A stretch of 64,000 bases of DNA. Source: Bacteroidota bacterium. GTDB taxonomy: Bacteria; Bacteroidota; Bacteroidia; AKYH767-A; JAHEYN01. The position numbers and the translations under genes were made by a program. The notes below the pieces were generated by a model. The model saw nothing but the letters and a program-made list of their open reading frames with translations. It ran no database searches and was not told the DNA's origin. Shown here piece by piece: positions 20,828-30,111 of this stretch (positions within the stretch are counted from its first letter, which is position 1; each line of letters begins with the position of its first letter). The stretch is from assembly GCA_947448795.1 (NCBI GenBank), contig CANFOZ010000003.1, positions 3,492 through 67,491 on the forward strand. Direction: 5' to 3'.

Positions 20828-22312
20828 ATGGCAACTGACGTTTTAAAAAATCAAATGAACGGAGCATCCAACCTGTATGAGCAAGAACTAAACGAGTGGA
20901 TCGACTATGAGCGCTCGGCCATCGAACTCATCAGCGTGGTGGGCCACCTCTGGTTTGAAAAATCAGTGGAACTCATCATCTTTCGTAACCAGTTGGTAGA
21001 TCGCAGCGCAAGCGAGATACTCAACCTGCACCTTTACGCGAAAAACATCGTAAAGCAACCTATCAACATCAAGGACACGTTGGCCCTTGCTGTTGCGGTA
21101 CAAAAACTCGACATCTGTCCTTCCCGTATCGACATCGGCAAACTTGGCGCTGAATGGTTGAGCGAAAAGAACGATTTCAAAAGCGAATTGGAATTCGTTA
21201 CCAGTAAGCTTAGCGGCCACATCGGCACAGACAAACTTACCTTGACCCCAAAGGATGTGGTTCTTTACGGCTTCGGGCGTATCGGGCGTCTTTTGGCTCG
21301 CGAGCTCATTGCTCAAGCGGGCAAAGGCCAGCAGCTGCGTCTTCGCGCTGTGGTGCTTCGCAGCCGCGGCGATTCGTCGGATCTAAAAAAACGTGCCGAA
21401 CTGCTTCGCACCGACTCTGTTCACGGGCCATTTCCAGGTACCGTTATCGAGGATTATGAAAAGAACGCACTCATCGTTAATGGTCATACCATTCACTTTA
21501 TTGGTGCAGACAAACCAGATAGCATCGATTATACGGCTTACGGCATCAACAATGCCTTGTTGATTGACAACACGGGTATATCACGCGACCGCGAAGGACT
21601 TAGTCTTCACCTGAAATCGAAAGGCGTGAGCAAAGTATTGCTTACAGCACCTGGCAAAGGCGATATCCCAAACATTGTGCATGGTGTAAATCAAAACGAG
21701 TACAGTGCGGATGAAAAAATCTTCTCTGCAGCATCTTGTACCACTAACGCAATCGTTCCAATTTTATCTGTTATTGACAGCGCACTTGGCATTGAGCGTG
21801 GACACATTGAAACGATACACTCCTACACCAACGATCAAAATTTACTGGACAACTACCACCCAAAATTTCGTCGTGGCCGCTCCGCAGCCGTAAACATGGT
21901 GATCACCGAAACAGGCGCCGACAAGGCGGTTGCAAAGGTGCTTCCGAAATTAGAAGGCAAGCTGACCGGCAACTCTGTTCGCGTTCCTACCCCAGATGTG
22001 TCTTTGGCTATCCTTAGCCTAACGGTTAATAAACAAACGAGCCGCGACGATGTTAACGAAATCCTTCGTCACGCTGCATTGCAAGGTGAACTCATCGAGC
22101 AAATTCAATACTCCTATTCGCAGGAACTCGTTTCCTCCGATTGCATCGGCAACCCTTGCGCAAGCATTGTGGATAGTCCAGCTACAATCGTTTCGAAAGA
22201 CCAAAAGAACATCATTCTTTACATTTGGTATGATAACGAATATGGCTACAGCCGTCAGGTTATTCGCTTCGCGAAACACCTTTCGGAGGTTATTCGCCTT
22301 AGCTACTATTGA
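20828..22312 (+). CDS. glyceraldehyde-3-phosphate dehydrogenase family protein, long form with ~140-aa N-terminal extension
   Basis: NAD-binding motif VLYGFGRIGRLLAREL and catalytic motif SAASCTTNAIVP (ASCTTN). 494 aa, against ~335 aa for canonical GapA. Confidence 0.75.
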   Translation: MATDVLKNQMNGASNLYEQELNEWIDYERSAIELISVVGHLWFEKSVELIIFRNQLVDRSASEILNLHLYAKNIVKQPINIKDTLALAVAVQKLDICPSRIDIGKLGAEWLSEKNDFKSELEFVTSKLSGHIGTDKLTLTPKDVVLYGFGRIGRLLARELIAQAGKGQQLRLRAVVLRSRGDSSDLKKRAELLRTDSVHGPFPGTVIEDYEKNALIVNGHTIHFIGADKPDSIDYTAYGINNALLIDNTGISRDREGLSLHLKSKGVSKVLLTAPGKGDIPNIVHGVNQNEYSADEKIFSAASCTTNAIVPILSVIDSALGIERGHIETIHSYTNDQNLLDNYHPKFRRGRSAAVNMVITETGADKAVAKVLPKLEGKLTGNSVRVPTPDVSLAILSLTVNKQTSRDDVNEILRHAALQGELIEQIQYSYSQELVSSDCIGNPCASIVDSPATIVSKDQKNIILYIWYDNEYGYSRQVIRFAKHLSEVIRLSYY

Positions 22313-22335
22313 TCTAGAACACTTGTTTTGCAAAA

Positions 22336-22370
22336 AAGAGAATGGCCTTGCCATTCTCTTTTTTTTTACC
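22336..22370 (+). terminator. rho-independent terminator after the GAPDH-like gene
   Basis: Hairpin AAGAGAATGGC-CTTG-CCATTCTCTT followed by T9. Confidence 0.75.
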
Positions 22371-22625
22371 CTAAAAGCTTAAAAAAAGCAAAAAAAAGGG
22401 TTTGTACCCATTTTTGAAATCAAAAACTTACACGCTTCTTTCAGCCTGTTTTGAGTTTTAAAAAGCTAAATGCTTGATTTTGCGCTAGATCCTCTTTATG
22501 CAACCTGTAAATTTGATTCATTCCTTGCAATTGAGCCCGTACGCTATACTTGGCTCTATTCACTTTTCGTAGCGATCTACTTTTGTTTCAGTTGATTTCA
22601 ACACTGAACCACAAAAAGCAGATCT

Positions 22626-23207
22626 ATGAAAAACAATAGCAACCACACCGATTCTCCGTTCGATTATCCCGGATTCAGCGATACGTATGTTCATGTGGGA
22701 CATCAGCAACACATGCGTAAAATCAAACGTGTTTCGATAATCGGCCAAGTTCTATTAATCATCTTAGCTCTTTTTATTGCCTTCAGTTTGTTCGGACAAA
22801 CGACAAAAAAACGCAGTGCATCTCGCACGTTAAAGCAACATGAGCTTCGCGCACAAGTAAAAAGTGGCATGGTGAATATTACATGGATGAACACGGGCTC
22901 CAACTCCAAATTTCTTTATGTTCTTGAGAAATCACCGGATGGCGCCTTGTTTAGCAAGGTTGGCTATATGTTTAGCGACACCACAGGCGTAGCGATGCTC
23001 TATAGCATGCTTGACGAAAACACGTTTACGGGGATTGCTTATTATCGATTGAAACAAATCCAACAAAATCACACCGTCACCTTCAGCCAGGTTTTACGCG
23101 TTTTTAATTTGGAAGAAGCGAGCGATGTTTTCCATAGCATTGCAATAGGCGAAATGCGACCACTCAGCAAACAAGCAGATGCAACTTTGGCCGAAAACCA
23201 GAAGTGA
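22626..23207 (+). CDS. hypothetical single-pass membrane protein
   Basis: 193 aa. One TM helix (IIGQVLLIILALFIAFSLF) followed by a ~110-aa domain. No recognisable family. Confidence 0.45.
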   Translation: MKNNSNHTDSPFDYPGFSDTYVHVGHQQHMRKIKRVSIIGQVLLIILALFIAFSLFGQTTKKRSASRTLKQHELRAQVKSGMVNITWMNTGSNSKFLYVLEKSPDGALFSKVGYMFSDTTGVAMLYSMLDENTFTGIAYYRLKQIQQNHTVTFSQVLRVFNLEEASDVFHSIAIGEMRPLSKQADATLAENQK

Positions 23208-23221
23208 AACTTAAGCAGCAA

Positions 23222-24193
23222 TTAAGCTATCAGCGAATCGATGATACGCTCAACGCTAATACCTTCCGCTTCAGCCTTGTAATTGCGCACAAGTCGGTGA
23301 CGCAAAATAGCATGTGCTACGCGTTTTACATCCTCGATGTCGGGCGCATATTTTCCTTGCATAAGTGCGTGACACTTTGCACCTACTACAAGGTATTGCG
23401 AAGCGCGAGGCCCTGCTCCCCAAGACACATAACTTTTAACCATATCATTGGCCAGTTTGTTATCTGGGCGCGTCATGGATGAAAGTCGTACTGCAAATTC
23501 AAGCACATTATCGGTGATAGGAATTCGACGCACAAGTTCTTGAAATGCAATAATCTCATCACCACTTACAATTTTCTCGAGCGTTACCTTGCGGTTTGAT
23601 GTGGTGTTTTTTACCACTTGCATTTCTTCTTCGAAAGACGGGTAATCCAACAAAACATTGAACATAAAGCGATCAAGCTGTGCCTCTGGCAAAGGATACG
23701 TACCCTCCTGCTCGATCGGATTCTGTGTGGCTAAAACAAAGAATGGACTACCCAATGAATAGCGCTTTCCGGCAGCAGTCACTGCATGCTCTTGCATGGC
23801 TTCCAACAGCGCGGATTGCGTCTTAGGTGGCGTCCTGTTTATCTCATCCGCTAGGATAATATTAGCAAACAAAGGACCTTGTACAAAACGAAAATGACGA
23901 TTCTCGTCTAAAATCTCAGTACCAATAATATCCGATGGCATGAGATCAGGCGTAAACTGGATGCGGTTATAACTCAAACCAAGAACCTTGGTAATGGTGT
24001 CTACCAACAAGGTTTTTGCAAGACCCGGAACACCCACCAACAAACAGTGTCCCCTGCTAAAGATCGCTATCAAGACATCGCGAACCACCTCGTCTTGTCC
24101 AACGATAACCTTTGCGATTTCTTTTTTGAGCAACTCAATATGGCGAACGAAATCGTCCACTGCCTCTACATCCGATTGATAGGTTTTTGCCAT
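23222..24193 (-). CDS. MoxR-family AAA+ ATPase
   Basis: 323 aa. Walker A (LLVGVPGLAKT) and Walker B (ILADEINR). Length and motifs typical of MoxR/RavA-like ATPases. Confidence 0.85.
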   Translation of the reverse strand: MAKTYQSDVEAVDDFVRHIELLKKEIAKVIVGQDEVVRDVLIAIFSRGHCLLVGVPGLAKTLLVDTITKVLGLSYNRIQFTPDLMPSDIIGTEILDENRHFRFVQGPLFANIILADEINRTPPKTQSALLEAMQEHAVTAAGKRYSLGSPFFVLATQNPIEQEGTYPLPEAQLDRFMFNVLLDYPSFEEEMQVVKNTTSNRKVTLEKIVSGDEIIAFQELVRRIPITDNVLEFAVRLSSMTRPDNKLANDMVKSYVSWGAGPRASQYLVVGAKCHALMQGKYAPDIEDVKRVAHAILRHRLVRNYKAEAEGISVERIIDSLIA

Positions 24194-24234
24194 TGTGTCT
24201 ATTCTTTTCCTAAGTTATATTTTCTTTATTAAAA

Positions 24235-25592
24235 TCAATTGAACCAATCGGCCAACGACACGCATCCGCGAAAATCATCATCGACATGAATGTAAGTCGT
24301 AGCCTTTTTCTTCTTCACCCAATCCACAAGGGCAGCGTTTTGCTTTTCTGTGAGGGCGGCATTTTGCACCTTCTGATAATCGTCTTTTAGATTAGCATGG
24401 TGAGGCTCGGTGCGCGAGCGAACAAGCAACAGTCGATAGCCTTGCGTACCTTCTGCATTTTGGAAAAGCGTAGGTAATGTTACCTCTCCTGTTGTTAGTT
24501 TATCAACTTGAAAAAACAAAGTAGGGTCGAGCTGATCAGGTTCAAAACGTGTAGTACCATTGGCTCCGTTAATCATTAAGCCACCACTGTTACGCGTTTC
24601 TTCGTCGCTCGAGAAGCGCTGTGCCGCATCTGAAAAACTGATGCTTCCACGTTGAATAGCTTTTGATACACTATCGAGCAACAAGGCAGCAGACGAAAGA
24701 TTCATCGAGTTCACCTTCGGCTTGAGCAGAATGTGACGAACATTTACTTGCGCACCGCGGCGTTCAATGAGTTGTACGATGTGATATCCATATTTCGATT
24801 CAAATACCTTGGAAACTTCATTGCCCTTTAATGTAAAGGCCACAGCCTCAAACTCAGGGACTAAATCACCACGATTAACAAAGCCCAATTCGCCTCCTTT
24901 TTTAGCACTGCCAGGATCCTGCGAATAAAGGCCTGCCATGGCTGCAAAATCGGTTCCTGCAATGATCTTCTGACGAATGCGCTCTAACTCCTCTTTAACA
25001 GCCAACTTCTCCTCAAGGGTAACGAGCGGATATTTAACAATTTGGGCAATCTCCAGTTCCGCATTGATATAGGGCAAGGAATCAACAGGAATATGCTCAA
25101 AGTAGCTGCGCACATCGGATGGACTCGCATTGATGTCTTTGGTAATCTTGGATTGCATGGTTTGCGCCAACAATTGATCTTTTATAGTCTCGCGGAACTC
25201 TGCTTTAATCTCGCCGATAGACTTTTTATAATATTCCTCCAGCTTCTGTTCCGAGCCAATTTGCGAAACGAAATAGCGAATGCGTCGATCAAGCTCTCCG
25301 TCAACCTGTGATTCCGGAACTTCCACGCTATCTAGCTCAGCCTGGTTAATCATCAGCTTGCTTAAAAGCATCTGATCCATGATGCCGCATTTAACCTCAG
25401 GGTCAGCCGTGTTTCCTTGAGCAATATATTGATTGTACTGCGCTTCTAACTCCGACTGTAGAATGATGTTTTTGCCGACAACTCCAATCACACGATCGAT
25501 AACTTTCTCTTGAGCAAAAACAGCAGCTGGAGAAAGCACTAGCATTAACAGGTAAGGCCTGCAGCTTTTAAGCAAGGGGATAGCAAAAAGGG
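24235..25592 (-). CDS. SurA-like periplasmic chaperone / parvulin-type peptidyl-prolyl isomerase (start likely at MLNTLFAIPLL...)
   Basis: Signal peptide, SurA-N-like region, parvulin PPIase domain (GGELGFVNRGDLVPEFEAVAF...YGYHIVQLIERRG). Confidence 0.75.
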
Positions 25593-25606
25593 TGTTCAGC
25601 ATGCCT

Positions 25607-26497
25607 TTAATTTTTGATAATTTCAATGTCGTTCTTTTTAATAGCTTCATCGTAGGCACTCTTCTCCATCTCCTCAATCAGCACTAGTTTGCGTTTGTTG
25701 AGGATAATATTGATGATATTGTCGTGTTCAAATACCAACGGCGAAGTACTGTCTTTAATTTTAAATCCTTTGATATTCACGAAGTAGTAATAGGTCGAGT
25801 CTTGTATCTCAACAAAACGGTTGTTCTTTAAAAACTGCTCTTTATCGTAGGTTCTTATTGGGATCTCTTTGATTAAATCATCAAACAACAACCACGTATC
25901 TTGGTCTAAGAAAAAATTCTCCGCGAACTGGTGACAATAATCTTCCAACAACTTAACATCTTGCTCTTTATCGGATTTATACCACTCTTTTACCTTGTTG
26001 ATCTTAGGAGATTTGCGGTTTACTTTTAGATAAATAACCTTGATGATATTGTCCTTTAACTCAAAGTTATCCTTATTTGTATTATAGTAGTTGGATATCT
26101 CCTGTTCACTAACCGTGGTATCTAATTTCTGACTAACAAACTCCTTTTCATAAGCAAAGCGTATGAGCGAGTTTCGATAATCCTCCAATTGCTTGTCGAT
26201 ATGGTTGCGTAAAGAGTCATTTTCCAAATAGGAGTCGGCTTTTTTTAGCACTACCTCTTGACGAATCCAGTTATCGATATAACTATCGGCAATCTTCGTG
26301 CTATCCTCTTTCGATGTGCCAGAAGGAATCAAGGTTTCCAGCTCCGACCACATGAGTTTTTTATCAAAAACCCGAGCAACAATACGCTCATTACCAGCTT
26401 CGTTCTTTTTAAAAAAGGAACAGGAGGAAACAAGCGCATACGCGCAAAAGAACAAGATAGTGAGCTTCGAATTCAAATACCGCAATGAATTTATCAT
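25607..26497 (-). CDS. SurA N-terminal-domain-like lipoprotein without a PPIase domain
   Basis: 296 aa, lipobox-like LVSSC, N-terminal chaperone-like region resembling the flanking PPIases but no parvulin motif. Confidence 0.5.
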   Translation of the reverse strand: MINSLRYLNSKLTILFFCAYALVSSCSFFKKNEAGNERIVARVFDKKLMWSELETLIPSGTSKEDSTKIADSYIDNWIRQEVVLKKADSYLENDSLRNHIDKQLEDYRNSLIRFAYEKEFVSQKLDTTVSEQEISNYYNTNKDNFELKDNIIKVIYLKVNRKSPKINKVKEWYKSDKEQDVKLLEDYCHQFAENFFLDQDTWLLFDDLIKEIPIRTYDKEQFLKNNRFVEIQDSTYYYFVNIKGFKIKDSTSPLVFEHDNIINIILNKRKLVLIEEMEKSAYDEAIKKNDIEIIKN

Positions 26498-28464
26498 TTA
26501 ACCTGCTGCAGGACCTCCTGATTCAGGTTCCACTTGTATTTGGAACGAAGGGTATCAATCCACTGCTTCTCTAAGACGCCTTGATAATCGGCTGTTACAA
26601 TACCCTTGGCCTCTTCTAAAGTCTTTGGTTGAGCAGGCAATACAGCTCTAAAATTGACAAGAATAAACTTGCCATCGGCTGCAAACATAGGAGCCAATCC
26701 TTTTTTCCAAAGGACCTTTCCCAAATATTCGTTCTCTCCTTTGTTGAAACGGGCAGAACGGCTGCTAACCGCATGTGGATCGTTGAGCTTCTTGTTTTGG
26801 TTCACGTTGCTGCTAACAACTTCATAATCGTTGCCTTTTTTAGCGGCTTTTTTAACCAACTTGGCAGCTGCTTCCGATGCACAGGTGTAAATATCGGCAT
26901 CGGCACGATCATCCCACATGTATTTAGCTTTGTTTTGCTCGTAATAGGCCTTCAAGCCCGCTGTGTCTTTAACCGCCTTAGACCATACTGTGCGGTCGGT
27001 GAGTTCAAAGAGCAAGATACCATCGCGGTATTCTTCCATGAGCGATTTAAAATCTGGGTACTCAAGTTCAAGACGGCTTTCTTTTAAATTCATGCAGCAA
27101 TCGTTAACATATTGCTCGTAGAATTGATCGACTAAAGCGCTTGGCGATACGTCCTTTTTCTTGGTCTGATGTTCAGCCATGAAACGTGCAAAGTCAGCTT
27201 GATTATACGACTTATCAAGAAGTGTAAACAGGGTGCTGTTCAACTTAGAAGCCTTCTCGGGGCTCCATGTACCTTCAACGAGTGTGGAGTCGACAGCTTT
27301 ATAAAAAGCCTCCTTCATTTTAGGAATTTCGGTAAGGTTATACTCTTTTTTAACTTTCACAAGAAAGGAAGAGCGTCCAATATCCGAGCGGGAATCTTTG
27401 TTGATGCGTGTTTTAAGATCTGAAGCAAGCTCCTCAAACGACCCGATACCTTTTCGATCGATCAATTTGATGATGTGCCAACCGTATGCCGTTTTCACAG
27501 GCTCCGACACATCGCCCTTGTTTACCATCGCAAAGGCAACATTCTCAAATTCAGGTACCATGCGTCCAGATCCGAAAGCAGGCAGCACACCGCCGTTACG
27601 CGCCGAGCCCAAGTCTTCTGATTCGTTTTTTGCAAGGGTTTCAAAAGACTCACCTGCTTTTAAACGCTTGGATAACTCTTCAATTTTTGTTTTCGCTTTT
27701 ATAGACTCTTCTGGAGTAGCTTTGGCGCCATCTTTAACCATGATGTGAGCCACGGTTACCTCACCTTGATTGGCACGTGAGCCGGTTACTTTAATCAAGT
27801 GATAACCAAAACGCGTTCGCACTGGCATTGTTACCTTGCCTGGCTCTGCATTGTAAGCGGCATTTTCAAAAGGATAAACCATCTGAAGTGCCGTGAAGTA
27901 ACCCAAATCACCAGCATTTTCTTTTGCTGATGGATCCTCCGAACTATCGCGTGCAACTTGCGAAAAATCGCCGTTTTTTAGAATCAAATCACGAATTTTC
28001 AAGATGCGTGCATAGGCCTTTAAGGTGTCTTTTGGAAGCGCATCGGGCGTCACTTTTATCAAGATATGACTTGCGCGAATATCCGTTTTCATGCGGTTGT
28101 AGGCCTCGCGCACCAACTTGTCGCTTGCCTCTTTATCCGTGAGATAAGGCTGTGCCAACTGCTTGCGATAACCGTTCAGCTCGCCTTTAAAATTAGCTGC
28201 AGTGTCAAGCGCCAATTCCTCCGCTTCCTTAACTTTCAATTTGTAATTGATATACAGGTCGAGGTAATCCTGCAGCGACTTTTTGTCACCACTCACATCC
28301 TTGCTGTTGTTCTTGTGATAAATCTTCTCAAAGTCGCCGCGACTAATGGACTGACTTCCAATGGTTAAGAGAACGGCGTTTTGATCCTGCGCCTGAGCAA
28401 CGGTATGAAGCACGGATTGCAGAAGGAGAAATGCGGTTAAGAAAAGAATGTTGCGTGTTTTCAT
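26494..28464 (-). CDS. periplasmic parvulin-type peptidyl-prolyl isomerase with two PPIase domains (SurA/PpiD-like)
   Basis: 656 aa, signal peptide, two parvulin cores (RASHILIKV...FGYHLIKV; TVAHIMVKD...YGWHIIKL). Confidence 0.8.
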   Translation of the reverse strand: MKTRNILFLTAFLLLQSVLHTVAQAQDQNAVLLTIGSQSISRGDFEKIYHKNNSKDVSGDKKSLQDYLDLYINYKLKVKEAEELALDTAANFKGELNGYRKQLAQPYLTDKEASDKLVREAYNRMKTDIRASHILIKVTPDALPKDTLKAYARILKIRDLILKNGDFSQVARDSSEDPSAKENAGDLGYFTALQMVYPFENAAYNAEPGKVTMPVRTRFGYHLIKVTGSRANQGEVTVAHIMVKDGAKATPEESIKAKTKIEELSKRLKAGESFETLAKNESEDLGSARNGGVLPAFGSGRMVPEFENVAFAMVNKGDVSEPVKTAYGWHIIKLIDRKGIGSFEELASDLKTRINKDSRSDIGRSSFLVKVKKEYNLTEIPKMKEAFYKAVDSTLVEGTWSPEKASKLNSTLFTLLDKSYNQADFARFMAEHQTKKKDVSPSALVDQFYEQYVNDCCMNLKESRLELEYPDFKSLMEEYRDGILLFELTDRTVWSKAVKDTAGLKAYYEQNKAKYMWDDRADADIYTCASEAAAKLVKKAAKKGNDYEVVSSNVNQNKKLNDPHAVSSRSARFNKGENEYLGKVLWKKGLAPMFAADGKFILVNFRAVLPAQPKTLEEAKGIVTADYQGVLEKQWIDTLRSKYKWNLNQEVLQQVK

Positions 28465-28584
28465 AAGATAATCAAAGGATTAAGGTTCTTTATTATAGGG
28501 TGCAAATGTAATACTATGGTGGCGATTAAGGAAATTTGAAAAGAAGGGACAAAAATGCATTTTTTAGCTGAATTTACAATGAAG

Positions 28585-28613
28585 AACCGCACCCGCTTAA
28601 TTTTGGTACCTTT
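28585..28613 (+). promoter_or_regulatory. Bacteroidetes-type promoter for rnpB: TTG followed by TACCTTTG
   Basis: TACCTTTG at 28606-28613 matches TAnnTTTG. A TTG lies ~18 bp upstream. The site is immediately upstream of the RNase P RNA P1 helix. Confidence 0.5.
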
Positions 28614-28615
28614 GC

Positions 28616-28998
28616 GACGTGCTGTTCTATCGCTTCGCGCTCTGCGCGGGGAGGAAAGTCCGGGCAACACAGAACGCCGCACCTTGTGAAAACGAGGGTG
28701 TTCCGGTTCAAGCCGGTGCAACAGAGAGGGCCACAGAAAATAACTTCCCCAGCCGATTCGTTCGGGAGGGGTAAAGGTGAAAATGTGAGGTAAGAGCTCA
28801 CGTTCCAGTACAGCGATGTATCGGAAGGGTAAACCTTGCGGGTTGCAAGACCAAATAAGTCAGGTTCGTGGCAACACGGAGAGTCGTTCGCTCTCGTTTC
28901 CGAAAGGATTCAGCCTGACGGGTAGGTTGCATAGATAAATGATAGAAGCCCTGCACTTGTGTAGGGGACAGAACCCGGCTTACAGGCACAAATCAAAA
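28616..28998 (+). ncRNA. rnpB: RNase P RNA (bacterial type A); ends approximate
   Basis: Universally conserved GGGAGGAAAGUCCGGGC (28647-28663) and ACAGAACCCGGCUUA (28967-28981). GGUGCAACAGAGAG and GGUAAGAGC (P10-P12 region motifs). The 5' CGUGCUGU and 3' ACAGGCAC can form P1. Confidence 0.9.
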
Positions 28999-29045
28999 GC
29001 GGCCTACTGCTCCGAATGGACAGGGGGTCGCTTTTGATTTTTAAG
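28989..29045 (+). terminator. inverted repeat and T-run at the rnpB 3' end
   Basis: AAATCAAAAGCG at 28989-29000 is perfectly complementary to CGCTTTTGATTT at 29028-29039, followed by TTTT. Confidence 0.45.
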
Positions 29046-29085
29046 GCATTCTTTTTTGGCGGAAATCGCTTGTTTTTGAATAACT

Positions 29086-30111
29086 TTGCCATGCATGATT
29101 CGCCTCTTTAAAAAACAGTCCGACCAAGAAATTCTTCTTCTTATTCAGGACGGGAACAAAAACATTCTCCTGAAGCTTTACAAGAGCCATTTCTCTGTCG
29201 TTCGCAAATTCATCGAGAGCTGCGGCGGCAACAAGAACGATGCAGCGGATTTGTTGCAAGAGGCGCTAACTCAATTTTGGAGCGAAGCAAATTCGAAGGA
29301 GTTTGTCCTCAGCCAAACTATTCAAGATGTGCTTTTAAATAAAGTGCGCACTAACTGGCGCAGCAAACACGACGCGACAGCCATTCGAAGCTTTATGACT
29401 TCACGCCTGTCTGGCAAAGGCGCTGCTCTTAAAAAAGGTATTCTTGTTATTGGCGCTACTTTACTTCTTGTGGTTGCGGCTTGGTGGTATTTTGATTCTT
29501 TGCCTGTCAATAACTTAGAAGAGCATATGCCTTTTATTAGCAACACGACCGTTGATTCGAGTGCACAAAAAAGCAGCAATGCCAAAGCAAATGGGAGACG
29601 AAAAGAAAACACAAGCATCGCAGAAAATGGTATTAACTCCGACCAAACATCCCTCGACTCCACCAACACAGCCAATAACAGCGGCGATTCAATTGAAGCA
29701 ACAAACCCGCTTTCCGATGATTTCGTGATACGCAAAGATGAATTGCTTTTCGCTCGTATCATTCAAGTTATCGATAAAAAAACGGATAAGAATTCCGATC
29801 GCTCATTGGCACAAGAAACAGCTAGCCGACTAAACCCAGAAGCAGGACTTCCCGAAGAGAGCGATAAAGCAAACACCAGCTTTGCTGTCGAGTTTTGGAA
29901 ATCACCTGTAAACTACAAAGGGTATAAAGCCGGAAAAAACAAGCTTGTCTTTTATGGCATTGATGAACCCGATTGGGTGCATCTATTGCAATTGGATGGT
30001 AAAATTTATTTGGAATATGTCCAAAACTATTACCTCTTAGAACAATACATGGACTTCCAATCCTTTGCCCCGGTGAATGATCCGGCACTTACGAGTCAGC
30101 TCAAACGATGA
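29086..30111 (+). CDS. membrane protein with sigma-70 region-2-like N-terminal domain (no region 4)
   Basis: N-terminal ~90 aa (LLLIQDGNKNILLKLYKSHFSVVRKFIESCGGNKNDAADLLQEALTQFWS) resembles ECF sigma region 2. One TM helix (ILVIGATLLLVVAAWWYF), then a low-complexity S/N/T linker and a ~120-aa C-terminal domain. Confidence 0.5.
   Translation: MPCMIRLFKKQSDQEILLLIQDGNKNILLKLYKSHFSVVRKFIESCGGNKNDAADLLQEALTQFWSEANSKEFVLSQTIQDVLLNKVRTNWRSKHDATAIRSFMTSRLSGKGAALKKGILVIGATLLLVVAAWWYFDSLPVNNLEEHMPFISNTTVDSSAQKSSNAKANGRRKENTSIAENGINSDQTSLDSTNTANNSGDSIEATNPLSDDFVIRKDELLFARIIQVIDKKTDKNSDRSLAQETASRLNPEAGLPEESDKANTSFAVEFWKSPVNYKGYKAGKNKLVFYGIDEPDWVHLLQLDGKIYLEYVQNYYLLEQYMDFQSFAPVNDPALTSQLKR

Noticed and set aside
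28461-29092. Four minus-strand ORFs of 60-86 aa
   Set aside because: They overlap the RNase P RNA gene, which is identified by universally conserved blocks. They are not coding.
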